Made by a program: the position numbers and the translations under genes
DNA from: Camelus dromedarius
Taxonomy: Eukaryota
Direction of reading: 5' to 3'
Assembly (NCBI RefSeq): GCF_036321535.1
Contig: NC_087441.1
Coordinates: 5,518,001 to 5,582,000 of the forward strand
Length of the DNA stretch: 64,000 bases
Shown: positions 38,836-51,195 of the stretch, piece by piece
Position numbering within the stretch: the stretch's first letter is position 1
Layout of the letters: every line of letters begins with the position of its first letter
The notes under the pieces: model-generated
The model's database searches: none
Told to the model about the DNA's origin: nothing
What the model saw: only the letters and a program-made list of their open reading frames with translations

Positions 38836-40169
38836 CAGCCATTCAACAAACCCAAGTGGAGTGTGTCCTGTGACCAGGTCACTTTAGTAGATACTGTAGA
38901 TGCAACATTAGGAAGATTCAGTATCTTTTCTGGAAGGTGGAACTGTGTCGCGACGAAGGAAAACACATACAGACTCGGCGCAGCCCCATGTGGCAAGTGC
39001 TGCCTTCTCGGGGCTCTGGCATCCGGAGGCAGCCACTTAGAAACAGCCACCGCTGCACCAGCCTTTGGGGGCCGCCAGCCTTGTCGCCAAGCCACCCTTG
39101 CCCTCTTCTCTGTACTTGGCATGATTTGACCGATGCTTCCGTGAGAGGCATTGGTTCTTACCGTCATTGTCTCGTCGTGCTGGTCGTCCTGTTCAGTTTT
39201 GCTTTTTACCAGACCCCCCCAAACTTCCGCCTGACACCTCCAGGCTGTCCCAGTCCCAGTGGCTGTCTTCTCTGCTTTTTAACACACCTGGCTCTTCTCC
39301 TAATCATCCCTTTGTCCCTGGAGTGGATGCATTGCAGCTTCCAAACCCGCTCTTCACCATGGCTCCAACAGACTTGCCCTCCTCTGCCTGTCCCACTCGC
39401 TTCCTCTCAGCAGCCACGTCATGGAAACAAAGATAAATAAGGCATTGTTTTTACCCTGAAGAAGCTTAAAATCATGTTGGAGAACTCTGCTTTCTTCCAG
39501 TGAAAATGACCTCCTAAAGCTAAGGGGTTATTTATATACCAAGAGAATGAAATATTATTTTGGAGTATAGAATGGCTAGACAACTAAACTTCATCCAACT
39601 TATTGTTCATGGGACGTGTTATTAACGTGGCTTTGAACTGAACCAGAGTGATGGCGCAGTTGCACCATCTGGTAAAGGGACTGCTTCCGAGACCAACACC
39701 GTTTTCTATGAGAACGTCAGAGAATTAAGCAATTAATGGTCTCTGAACCATGGATGGAGACGGAGGGAAATATGGTCTATAAATATCACTGTAACTACTG
39801 AAATCTGCTCGGGGTCTTCCTATTCCCCTTTGCAGCTCTACTCTGAACAGTACAAAAGTCTGGATTTGAAAGGAAAAGCTCAGTTTTTGGATTTCTTCCA
39901 TATTTGTCAAATTTTAGCAGCCTCTGAGAATTTGCTCAGGTTTTTCATGTGTTTCCTGGCATCTGAGCATATAAGGATTTTTGGTATCAATTTTTAGTTT
40001 ACAGAAAGCTGGAAAGTTACCAGAGTAACTGTCACGTTTACAGATTCTGCTTATTCCACCTTCTTTGTACATTTTCAAATAGGATTGTGTGAGTGGAACA
40101 GCCAAGTAGGATTCTGGGGCTTTGTTGATGTACAAGATAAGTACCCGTCCTCTTTTGTTTTCAAAACTT

Positions 40170-40360
40170 GTAAATGATGATAGTGATTCTAACAACTGTG
40201 TGTTGAATTATCACCGCAGACTGGGTCTGCACTGTGTGTATTTCCTTACGTCTTCAGAGCATTTGTTAAAGTTGATAATATTATTGCTAAAGACAGATGT
40301 AAAAACTGAAGCTTATGGAGGGAAAATAATTTGCCAAAAATCACACAGGTGATAAGCTCT
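40170..40360 (-). mobile_element. MIR SINE fragment
   Basis: The MIR core in reverse, acagatgtaaaaactgaagcttatggagggaaaataatttgccaaaaatcacacag. Confidence 0.65.
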
Positions 40361-40449
40361 GTCTGTTTGGCTTTAAATTCCATAGTCTCTCTTCCACAGT
40401 CTTCTGGTTCCCCAAGGAGCACTTTAGGTATTGCTTTTATAGCTATGTA

Positions 40450-40740
40450 CTTGTTCATTCATTCATTCTTATTTCCTTTCAGTCACTTATCTTTTCAATT
40501 CACAGATGTATTTTCTACATTTACTAGGTTCAAAGTGCTGTGAGAGGCATTCTGGTAAATAGAAGGAGAAGTATGACCCAGTCGCTGCTCTCAAGGGTTC
40601 CTAAATTAAGTTGGAAGATCAGATACAGACACCAACACTCACACTCTGGCAGGCAAAAGTTACTGGGATTCTGATGAGAGAGAAAGGCATTACTTTTTTC
40701 TGGAGGGACCATATGAAGCACATAAGTGCTGAACGTGGAG
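40450..40740 (-). mobile_element. L2 3' end fragment
   Basis: ttcattcattcattc terminus followed by gacccagtcgctgctctcaagggttc. Confidence 0.6.
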
Positions 40741-41390
40741 AGGGGAATTTTATCTGACTGAATTGTTGAGCTTCCTAGAAAAGAGCACAGTACGGGCGAA
40801 AGCCTCACGATGCGGCAGGATGCGGGTTCTCAGCTGTTTCTCCTTACCGCAAAGCTCGCGTCCTCACGTGCTCACTCTTGGGTGAGCTCAGATCTTGACG
40901 CTGGTTTGTTTGATGTGACTTAGGCTAAAGGCTATGTGCAGTCCCTAGAGGGCTGAACTCTGAGGCGACGATAAATGATGGTAGAAAGTCTATTAGTCTG
41001 ATTAGAATGGAAAATAGAGTGTTGTTAGTGATTACTGCTTAAGGAACAACCACAAAAATCTCAGTGCCGTACATTAGTACGTTAGCAAGTGTCTCTTTCT
41101 CATGCATTTTCAGGTCAGCTGGGGGTCTGCAGCCCCAGCCTGTAATGGGCTAGAAGGCTCTGCTCGAGCTGCGGGTGGGGCTGTGCTTGGTCCTCTCTGG
41201 GGCTTGGGCTCGAGTCTATGCCGTGTGTCAGCTGAGAGAAGGACACTTCCAGGGGTGCTCCGCTGACGGCCGGGGCAGCGGTGCAGATGAACCTTAGGGC
41301 CTGGTTCAGTCATGTCTCCTCATGTCCTGTTAGCTGAAGCTGATTGCATGGCTGGGCCCCAAATCAGGGGCAGCAGGGAGATGAGAGTGA

Positions 41391-41784
41391 TTTTTTTTTT
41401 AATTGAAGTGTAGTTAGTTACAACGTGTCAGTTTCTGGTGTACAGCATCATGTTTTAATCATACATATACATACATATATTTGTTTTCATATTCTTTTTC
41501 ATTAAAGGTTATTACCAGATATTGAATATAGTTCCCTGTGCAACACAGAAGAAATTTGTTTTTTTATCTTTTTTTATATATAGTGGTTAACTTTTATAAA
41601 TCTCAAACTCCCAAATTTATCTCTTCCCACCCCCATCCCCCTGTAATCATAAGATTGTTTACTGCGTCTGTGAGTCTGTTTCTGTTTTGTAGATGAGTTA
41701 GTGTCCTCTTTTTTCTTTTATTTATTTATTTTTTAGATTCCACATATGAGTGATCATGGTATTTTTCTTTCTTTGTGGCTTACT
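41391..41784 (-). mobile_element. 5'-truncated L1 (3' UTR, about 390 bp, lineage-specific)
   Basis: Poly-T followed by aattgaagtgtagttagttacaacgtgtcagtttctggtgtacagcat...ttagattccacatatgagtgatcatggtatttttctttctttgtggcttact. Possible TSD gagtga..ttttt on both sides (41385, 41785). Confidence 0.85.
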
Positions 41785-42029
41785 GAGTGAATATTTTTGA
41801 ATAATATAATCTACCATATATACAATGAAAGAGAGAGAAAGAAGGTAAAAATCATGACAGTTGGTCTAGAAAGGAGAAAAGTCTAAAAGCACTTGAAAAG
41901 ATAGTAAGCAGTAAGATTATATGTAACAAATAACAGTAAGAGACTTTAGAAAGATTATGCAGCACGAAGCATAAATGCTAGTACACAGTGGATGCAGGGA
42001 GGGCCTGGAGGTGAGGGAGTCAGCACAAA

Positions 42030-42330
42030 CTCTCGTAGTGATGAAAGCCTGGAATGGAGCGGTGACAGCTGGGAAGTGAAGGACCTGAAGATATGAAGAG
42101 CATTTCTGAGTCAGAATCAGTTACGCCTGGCACCTTGCTGGGTGTAACAGCAGGGAGGAGGGTCCAAGCTGTGACTCTGTCGAAGCCCTTAGAGAATATA
42201 GGAGAATAGCCAGAGGTCTAGGAGGGCGGGGGAGGCTTGACACTTGGATGATATGGGGGATGGTGATGCTTTGACAGAAATAGGAAAGTCAGGTCGGGGC
42301 AGGCTGAGGGGACAGAGAGTGACACCGAGT
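42030..42330 (-). mobile_element. L2 fragment
   Basis: gtgatgaaagcctggaatggagcggtgacag...ggatggtgatgctttgacagaaataggaaag resemble reverse L2. Confidence 0.45.
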
Positions 42331-43222
42331 GACCACTGCTGAGCAGGAGCAGTTCTGGAAGGGCTGGGAAGCCCAGGGACAGGCAGCAGGAGGAGAAAGC
42401 ATGTTAATGTGACAGAGGTCCGGGGCAGGGACCCAGGAAGAGGGGGAAGTGGGACTTGATTTTAGGTGTCTAGTTTGTGTCCTAGCAAATGATCCGATGT
42501 CTAACTTTAATTCTACTACATGTTAAAGTCTCCTGTTCATACGCATTGATAGACAGATGCAGCACATTTTTATAGATGTCCACTGGCTTTAAGTCTGAGG
42601 CTGGACGGAACAATGAACAATCCTGGGGTGGCATTGGTACCCTCTCCTCTGGCTTCACTGGCCTGGCAGTGTGATTGCTGATGACCTCGGGGGTGTATGT
42701 GGGTCTTCTGTAAACCTGTTTATTACAAATTCTAGAGAAAAATGCCTCATAATTGGTAATAACCAACTCTCTTTGCTTTTTAAAACAGAATTAAGTGCCA
42801 CTATTTAAAATTGTTAATTATAAGGATGTATACTTTCTGGGTAAATCAGTTTTAAAAGCATATTACTTTTCAGCGTGCTTACATAATCAGTGTGATGCAT
42901 GCTGCTTTCCCGTTAGAGCTCACGTCCCTGTGAGTATGACTTAGGTTCTCTTCTGCTGGTGTGCGCCATCCAGCCCCACATCTCAGTTGCCGGGCCCAGT
43001 TCAGCGTTCCTGTGTAACACGCACGTGTGTAAGTGCTGGGCCCTGCTGCAGGGTGAGGGCGCCTGTCCTGGCCACTGTCCTCCATGTTCCATGACTGCGT
43101 GCAGACATCAGACAGAGTCGGATTGTAGACTCTTCTGCCCACTGCAGAACTGAAGACAAGTTCAGCCACGCCGGGCATCTCAGTGCTTGCTCTTTCTGTG
43201 TTTTTGTTTCACTCTCACACAG

Positions 43223-43451
43223 AGCTGTGACCTGGATCAGCAGAGCATCGTTCACATGGTGTTGAGACCGCAGAGAAACGGCCAAGAAAGGAGCACAGCT
43301 GGAGGGGACAGCCCACGATATGCTGCGGGGGGCTCTGAGAGCTTGACTCGCGTGGACCTCAGCAGCTCCGTCCTCCCCACTGACTCGGTGGGCCTGGCTG
43401 TTATTCTGAAGGACGACAACGAGGACGGTGCCCCACCAGCTGGAAGGCCAG
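43223..43451 (+). CDS. PRKN: Parkin RBR E3 ubiquitin ligase, coding exon 3 (internal exon, phase 0 to phase 1)
   Basis: Translation [76 protein letters not shown]+G matches human Parkin residues 58-137 as recalled ([16 protein letters not shown]...[22 protein letters not shown]). Acceptor is a polypyrimidine tract plus cacag (AG at 43221-43222). Donor is CAG|GTAACT (GT at 43452). The length is 76 codons + 1 nt, the same phase as human exon 3 (241 nt). Confidence 0.97.
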
Positions 43452-44389
43452 GTAACTGTGATGACTCTGTCTGCGGCTAGTAAAGTGTTTTGTGTGGTGA
43501 AGTCTCGGGGAGAATGGTCAGTGTGTGTGTGTGTTTAGCGCATGACAAGTTCTAGCTCATTGGAAGGAGAGTGCTTGAGTGTAAAATCTGAGGTGACACA
43601 TTTAATAAGTACAATGAAACAGGGTTTTCATGTGAAGAATGAGCATGAGAGGTGGGGAAGGTGCCTGGGCCATGGTGGTTATATTTTGGGTGTTTTTTTT
43701 TTTTTTTTGGAGGCGGTGGGGTGATGGAGTCATGTGATATGTGACTAGGGTCAAAATATGTGATTAAGGTACATCTATGTGCCTCTCAACTTTCACCTTT
43801 CTTTCTTTCTTTCTTTTTCTTATTTTCTTAGAAAATATGTTTTGGTTGATTATGTTTCTGATAATATAGAGAAATTTTAAAAGGAGAAAGAGAACTTCAA
43901 AAGGATTTAGTGACTTGCTGGTTCTAGGAAACAAATGACAGTGTCAGTAAAAATATCCTTTGTGTGGAAGAATTCTTTCTTTGCTACAGTCCGTTTCAAA
44001 AATGTTTTTCTTTGGCAAGAGTGGCGATCCCTTCACTATTTTGACAATATTAGTGTATTTCCCTTAGTCTTTTATTCTCCAGTCGGAATAGTCAAAGGTA
44101 GAGCAGTATTGTTTCTGTGTGACAGAAAACACAAAATAACGACAATGACTTTACAAGGTGGAAGTTTGGTTCTCTTCCATATACAATAAGAGGAGACATA
44201 GACAGTCCTGGGCTAGTGTGACCTTCACGGTGTCAGAGAATTCTAGAACCAGCACGATGGAGGCCTCCTGCTAAAATTACTGAATAAAAGTTTAATTAAT
44301 TTAAAAAATTATGGATGAGATTAAAAAAAAGATATAAAAAGGAGATTTTCCAGGGACAAGTGAAGAAGTAGGAACAAAACAGCTGTTTT

Positions 44390-45350
44390 TAAATAAACAA
44401 CCTGTAAAAATAGACAAAAGACCTGAATAGACACCTCACTGAAGAAGATGTAAGGATGGCAAAGGACCAAATGAACAGATGTTCAGTATCCTATGTCATT
44501 AGGGAATTACAAATTAAAAAAAAAATGAGATACTACTACACACCTATTAGAATGGCTAAAATCCAAATCACTGACGACAGCAACCGTTGGCTGGGATGTG
44601 GAAGATGTCAGCGCTCATTCTTGCTGGTGGGAGTGGAAAATGGTGCAGCCACTTTGGAAGAAAGTTTGACAGTTTCTCACTAAACTAAACACCCTCTCAC
44701 CGAACAATCCAGCAATTGTGCTTTTTGGTGTTTATTCCAGTGAGTTGGAAATGTACGTCCACACAGTGATCTGCACACAGGTATTTGCAGCAGCTTTATT
44801 CATAATTGCCAAAATTTGGTAGCAAGCAAGATGTTCTTCAATAGGTGAATAGGTAAACTGCTGTGTCCAGACAATAGTGCTAAAAAGAGATACGTTATCC
44901 GGCCATGGAGGAAACGATGGAGGAAACGCAAACGCACGCTCCTGCTTGAAAGAGTCACGCTGAGGAGCCTGCACGCTGTGTGAGTCCAACCACACGGCAT
45001 TCTGGGAAGGAGGCAGCTATGGAGACAGCAAAAATATCAGCGGTTGCTAGGAGTTTACAGGGCTGAATAGTCAGTACAGAGGGTGTTTAGGACAGAGGAG
45101 CTATTCTGTGTGATACTGTGGTGGCTACAGTCATTATAAAACCCTTAGAATATAAAACAGCAAAGGTGAACCCTAGTGTGAGGGTCATAACCATGTGTCA
45201 GTGTAGGTTTATTGGTTGGAACAAGTGCCCTGCTCTGGTGAGGGATGTTGCTAGTGGGGCAGGCTGGTGTGTGGTGGGGAAGGACTCTGTATTTTTGGCT
45301 CAGTTTTGCTGTGAACCTAAAATTCTAAGAATTAAAGTCAGTTAAAAATA
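44390..45350 (+). mobile_element. L1MC1-like fragment (ORF2 C-terminus plus 3' UTR)
   Basis: ORF 44456-44683 (MAKDQMNRCSVSYVIRELQIKKKMRYYYTPIRMAKI) is homologous to the L1 ORF2p C-terminal region. It ends ttttgctgtgaacctaaaattctaagaattaaagtc and contains a 12-bp tandem duplication atggaggaaacg at 44905-44928. Confidence 0.85.
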
Positions 45351-45967
45351 AATTAAACTGCTTTTAAGACTTGAGTCCTGGCTACATACTATAGATACAT
45401 CACAATTATTAGAGAATATGTTCTTCTCAGCAATTTTTTGCCAGTGGTTGAATGTTGTATAAGATGAAAATTGTTCTGGGATTATAAATGAGTTAGCACC
45501 TGCCAAACGCAAATCAGTGATGGAAGCCTCCTAATGGAAGAAAGTGATAAGCTTCAGACAACTCTCATTTTATCCCAAAATCAAGTCTCATGTACTCTGA
45601 AGACGTGTCTTATACCTGCTAATGACTTTGAGCCAGAGGGTGTGCATTTCCTGGTGCATCAAGCAGCTTTAAACCTTCCCTGAAATGACAACATTGTGGC
45701 AGTCATACCAGAGCAACTTAAAGTTGCTATCAGATCAAATTATTAAAATTACGTTATTCTACCAAGTACTTGATTTTTTTCTACAACATAGAAATTTTTA
45801 CTATAATATGCTCTTTCAATATTATAAGTGAAAACACAAAAATGATTTTGCCAACTACAAAGTTTTTAAGGTAAGGCAAATTGTCCTGTATTCTTTTGCA
45901 AGTAGTCTGAACACTATTTCAAAAGCAGGATGAGTTGCTCCTTCCTCTTTACTGTACCTTATATATC

Positions 45968-46318
45968 CCGTTGGCCCTCTATATCCCTGGGTTCCACATC
46001 CATGGATTCAACGAACTGTGGATGAAAAATGTTGGAGGAAAAAAAGTCCAGAAAGTTCCAAAAAGCACAACTTAAATATGCCAATTGCCTGGCAACTATT
46101 TATGAAACANNNNNNNNNNNNNNNNNNNNNNNNNNNNNNNNNNNNNNNNNNNNNNNNNNNNNNNNNNNNNNNNNNNNNNNNNNNNNNNNNNNNNNNNNNN
46201 NNNNNNNNNNNNNNNNNNNNNNNNNNNNNNNNNNNNNNNNNNNNNNNNNNNNACGATGGATGTTGGTGTCCAAAGGGGTTCCTGGAACCAATGCCTCATG
46301 GACATCGAGGGATGACTT
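45968..46318 (-). mobile_element. Tigger-family MITE (MER2/Tigger3-like)
   Basis: Ends ccgttggccctctatatccctgggttccacatccatggattcaac and cctggaaccaatgcctcatggacatcgagggatgact. About 350 bp including the gap. Confidence 0.8.
46110..46252. other. Assembly gap (143 N)
   Basis: A run of N inside the MER2-like element. Confidence 0.99.
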
Positions 46319-46729
46319 CCTGCAGTGTAATTAACTACTTGTCACATTTTTGCTTTCCACTTTGGAGGTACATACGCTCATCAGATGCAAATAAGTCTCA
46401 TACACTTCATGCCTTCATTGCCTGGAACATGGATGATACTGGATATATTGTCATGTTGCAAAAAGTTTTATTCAACATGTAAAATGACTCCTATGACTCT
46501 TCAGCTCTTACTCGTCACATGTGGCAGGGGAAATGGTGAATAACTGCAAGTGGACGGCCTGGTGCACCGTGCTGGGGAGGGTGTGGAGTGCCAGCAACAG
46601 TTCTCGGAAGTCAAAACTTGCTGGGGGCGGGGTTGGTTAGGGAAAAATCAACCGCTTCACCCAGAACAGTGTAAGTGTCAAGTAAACAGTTCCCTCATTT
46701 GTTGTTATCAGCCATCTTCTGAGTACTTT

Positions 46730-46960
46730 TTTATTATTATTGTTATTGTTATTCTGAGCACATAAAGTTTACCGCCTTAACCATTTCTAAGTGTGCAGTT
46801 AAGTAGTATTAAGGATATTCACATTGTGCAATCAATCTCCAAAACTTTTCCATTTTACAAAACTGAAACTCTGTACGTATTGAACAACTCCATTTCCCCT
46901 TCCTTGCAGCCCCTGGCTTCTGCTCTCTGTCTCTATGAATTTGACTGCCCTAGACACATA
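46730..46960 (-). mobile_element. L1MB-like 3' end
   Basis: cataaagtttaccgccttaaccatttctaagtgtgcagttaagtagtattaaggatattcacattgtgcaa...aactgaaactctgtac...ctatgaatttgact. Confidence 0.8.
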
Positions 46961-48709
46961 GCTGGCTTCCATTACGGCTCAGAGGACTGATGTATCAGAA
47001 AGGCGTTTGAGGCTCGGGGGGCGGCAGGAGGTTCCCGTTGTGGAGAGAGCTCTGAATTCCGGAACTTTCAGTGACCAAAAAGGGCCTTGATAAGTTTCAG
47101 GCACATCTTTCTTTTCCTGCTGGTGTTTCAGAAAGCGTTTCACAGGATGCGTTTTTTCTTAAATCCATAAGAAATATGCAGTGGAGCAGAGCTGGGAGGA
47201 GTGCCAGTGTGCCCTTCTCCGGGTGGCAGAGGACACTGAGAGGAAAACCCAGATGCCGCGTGGTGAGCAGCTGACCTCAGCGATGACCCGGGCTGGTTGG
47301 CGGGGTGAGCTTACTGCCGAAGGTGGAGAAGACAGACTGGGCTGGCCTTTTTACCCCCTGCTTCCTTCACGCCTGTTTTGGCACATCTGACTCTGTTGAA
47401 GTGACTTTGGTTTTTGTTGCTGTTGTTTCTTTTAAAACATAAGCAGTTAAAAATAAGCCTTGGGACAGTGGTGGGAAATGACAGTGCGAAAGTTGTTAAG
47501 ATTCGGGGTGATACTTGCTGGGGGCCTCAGGTTGTTGCAGTTTTTATGAAGTCCCTCTGCAGAGTGATACTGGGACTAAAGGGGGAAGAGAAGTTGCGCC
47601 CTAGACTCAGTAAGGCCTGAGCTGCCTGCGTGCTCTGTTCATGCAGCGCCTCTACAGCGTGCGGTGGGCGGGTGTCCCTCTCCCGGAGGCCTCGGGACCC
47701 AGTGAGGTAGAGCGTTTACAGTTCTGCTTGTCGAGCCCCGAGGACTTTTGGAGGATGCTGAACAAGTGCCGAGATGGTAGGATTTGCGCTTGACAAGAGA
47801 GTGGGAACCCAGGCAGGATATTTCCAGCTGGCGAGGTCTGTCTTCGGACTCATAGGAGCATTCTAATTAATGCAGAGTGTGCCAGAAATGCAGGCAGGTG
47901 GCTGGGTTCCATTTTCTTGATTTGGTTAGAAAGAAGATAAAGAAAAAATTACAAATCAAGTGGTAAAAAGTTGACTGCCTTTAATACACACTTTAATAAT
48001 AAAACTTTCTAAATTTTGTGAAACATTTATTGAAGGTGTGGTTTGTATGATCTGGAGCTTCCAAAAATTTTACACTTGATTCAGTTCCACCTAGGGGAAT
48101 TAGCAAAAATGTCCATTTTATGAAAGAAGTTGAAACCCTCATGACAAATAAACAAACTATTGGGAAATTCTTTTTTAATTCACTTTTTAGGTGATAGCAT
48201 AGAATCAAGCTCAAACTCCTATAGCTTCTAAATCTATTGAACTATAATTAATTTTCCAAAGGATACACCTGAACCTCTGTAATATCTTAGAAGTTCTTCC
48301 TCAGTCCTCAAAGATTAAATTAAATTTACTGCCTTTGGTGTTAGAGGTGTGTTATTACACTCTGATTCTTTGAAAGTGAATGCCCTGTCTTCTCTGTGTA
48401 TGATAATTAAACAAACCTGAATATTCAGTCCATCAGTGTAGCTGTAATTCACTTGGGGATCAAATGGCCAGTTGTTTGTCTAGTGGATTAAATGAAAATC
48501 CCTTGAGCCTGGAATACTTTTTATATCCTAAGTGTTTACCACAGTGCCTGTTTCTTGGTAGGCCCTTAATAAATATTTGTTGTTGCTGGAAAATGCTATA
48601 GGAAAAAGTGACAGGCGTTTGTTTCTAGTCCTTGGGCCAGTGCACCGTATCCCAGGGTGTGATGTGTCTGTGACACTGATACTCAGCTCAGGGGCGAAGA
48701 CCCAGGCTG

Positions 48710-49050
48710 GCTGAGCTGCGTCCAGGCTCTGCTGCTTTCCAGCCCTGTGACTTGGACGGTCTACCTTTTGTTGCTTAAAGTATGATCTGTGGACCAGCGG
48801 CATCAGCATCACTTGGGAGTTTGTCAGAAATGCAGGACCTAGGGCCCCATCCCAGACTTCCTGTATCCGAAACTGCCTTTGAATAAGGTCCTCAGGTGAA
48901 TCATGCACCTGTGAAAAAGCACTGATTTTCTTAACACGCCAGGCCTCAGTTTCCTCATTTACAACATAGAGATAATGAATCACCCACCTCACAGAGCTGA
49001 CTCCAGCTGCCCTGACCAGAGCTCGCACCAAGGCCTGGCGTATGTGGAAC
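48710..49050 (+). mobile_element. MIR interrupted by a MER5A-like MITE (about 48765-48925)
   Basis: MIR 5' part ctctgctgctttccagccctgtgacttggac and 3' part ggcctcagtttcctcatttacaacatagagataat flank the MER5A-type ggaccagcggcatcagcatcacttgggagtttgtcagaaatgcag...aagcactg. Confidence 0.7.
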
Positions 49051-49620
49051 TTAACACCTTTTAGCCATTTCGTTATTCTTTCCTTTTCCAGCTCACACGA
49101 TCAAAAGGCTTAATGTTGGGCCTGACTCTAAACTCAGTCTAAGTTCATAGATCCAGGGCTACCTGCATTAATTCATTACAAGAACAGAGGATAGAGTCCC
49201 CATTCCCTATTCCGGAAACTTCCTACTCATAAGACTGCCTTCTTTCAGCTTACTCTGGTTTTGAAGGGCTTTTGTTTTATTTTATTTTACTTTACTTTAT
49301 TTCATTTAATTTGTTTATTTATTTGTAAATGTTGTCACTCCCACCGTATATTTAGGAGCAGATTAGAACAGTGGGTGTTCCAGGACAATGAGGGCCACCA
49401 TCAAGGACAAGACTGCTGCTGGCTGTTTTCCTGGAATTGTATGTTTCCATTGCCCTGGAGCCCTAAACATGTATGGGGTTGTTGGCTTCCCCCCACATTC
49501 TATTAGGCAATATACTACTCCTTTTAGAATGCCCCATCAGAAAATACAATTAATTGTTGGCTTGTCATGATCTGTTTGGTCACTGGGAACCACATGGACA
49601 ATAGGAAGTTTCAAAAAGGC

Positions 49621-49642
49621 AAAAAAAAAAAAAAAAAAAAAA
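49621..49642 (+). repeat. A22 homopolymer
   Basis: Read directly from the sequence. Confidence 0.95.
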
Positions 49643-51129
49643 GATGAAGCTGTTATAATTTTTTTCCTACTCAAACTTGCTCAAAAGTCCCTTTGGCTCC
49701 AGTATTTTGAAAGAGCAGATTAGCTGGGGACTGATCACAGATGTGAACCACAGGGAATTTTATCCACTTGGCCCTGACAACCAGCGATGGATGAGAGCAG
49801 AATAGGGACAAGTAAGTGTTGGGCTTAATGATGCAGACGGAGCTTAGGTCCTAAGTGAGCAAGAGACGGCACACACGGACTCAGATTTGATCGACTGGGC
49901 ACATGTTTCAGACCAGAGTCAGTGCATGAAACAACACACCGGGAGCTGAATGCTGCTGCTGTGTCTCTCTGATGTTTACGTGAACCTAATACGTGGATCC
50001 CTACGTGGGTCTAAAAGTATTTATCCTTACGCAACTGCAAGAAAAAGATGTGTATGCATCTTCACCATGTCCTGCCTTTCGAAGACAAGATGCTTTTCAC
50101 TAACCTGCTGACAAACTGAGGCAAACATTTTAACCTAGAGATGTGGCTTAAGCAAGTGTGACTTGCCAGTCTTCACAGATTGCTGCCATTTTCTGCATAA
50201 TTTCTCTATTGTCACAAAGGATGTAAAGACATAGCTTAGTGAGTGATTCTTCTGCCTGAGGAGATTTATAAAAGCTGCTTGTTATGTGGATTTCTGATGC
50301 CAATATAAGCATTTTGATGATAAAAAAGTCAGCTGAACACTTTGATTTTTGGGCTGATGGCTGTGATGACACCTTTCTTTAAAAATTGTTGAATCATCTG
50401 ATAATATTATTTTACTGGATTAACTCTTTCAGAGTGACATGACTGAAATTCTGGTGGTGTCTCATATATTTAACAAGTAAATACACTCCTAGGGAAAGAC
50501 AGACCAAGAGTACCAGGGACTAGAATTTTCCCTTAGGTAGTGAGGCAACATAATTCAAATTAACCATATAGGATTTCCCTTAATGAAGATGAAAAAGATT
50601 GTATCTATCTATTACTAAGTATTTATGTTTTAATTAATACTTCTGGCGTAGCTGCCATGTTTCACGTGTCCACTTGCTCCGGTAAAGTATAACCATAGCT
50701 TTAATTCCTTGGCTTAGTCCAGTCTCTTTATGGCAGTGAGGAATACTGTGTCTCCATAAAACACAGCACATCTTCAGTGATGCTCACTCAGGGCTGTTGT
50801 CTGATCACACATTTCTACAACTGGCTACTTATTATAGAAAAACAGGTTAGAACTTTTTGTAATCTTTCATTGACAGAGCAATCCAGTATTTTTCAGACTT
50901 GCTATTTTTCTAGCTTCTTGTCAAGTTATCATTTTCATAGGTATCTTCCTTTTTGGCAAATAATTGTTCTTGCTTGTATGAGGAAAGAATAAGTTTGCCC
51001 TTTTAACACAGTTAATTTAATAGATTTACTGTGTACATCGTGACAGCAGACATCAGAGTGGCTCACTTAGGCTGTTCAAGCCCCCTCAGGAAGTGAACCT
51101 CACGAGGCAGGATGTCATCCCGCAGGCTG

Positions 51130-51195
51130 TCCGCAGCGTCTAACACGGTGCTTGGCATGTAGCAGATGCTTAATAAATGTGTTAAATGAATAAAA
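51130..51195 (+). mobile_element. L2 3' terminus
   Basis: cagcgtctaacacggtgcttggcatgtagcagatgcttaataaatgtgttaaatgaat. Confidence 0.65.

Larger units (their letters stand above)
1..43222 (+). other. PRKN: PRKN intron 2 (partial)
   Basis: Lies upstream of exon 3. No exon-2-like sequence (VFVRFNSSHGFPVEVD) was seen, consistent with the very large Parkin introns. Confidence 0.85.

Noticed and set aside
38818-39440. Overlapping 77-167 aa ORFs
   Set aside because: A locally GC-richer, stop-poor stretch with no protein family similarity.
43187-43480. The track ORF of 97 aa taken as a standalone gene
   Set aside because: It is PRKN exon 3 plus intronic read-through on both sides. The real boundaries are the splice sites at 43223 and 43451.
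48528-49031. 167-aa ORF on the minus strand
   Set aside because: It runs across an L2 tail, a MIR and a MER5A, so it is a chance frame through repeats.
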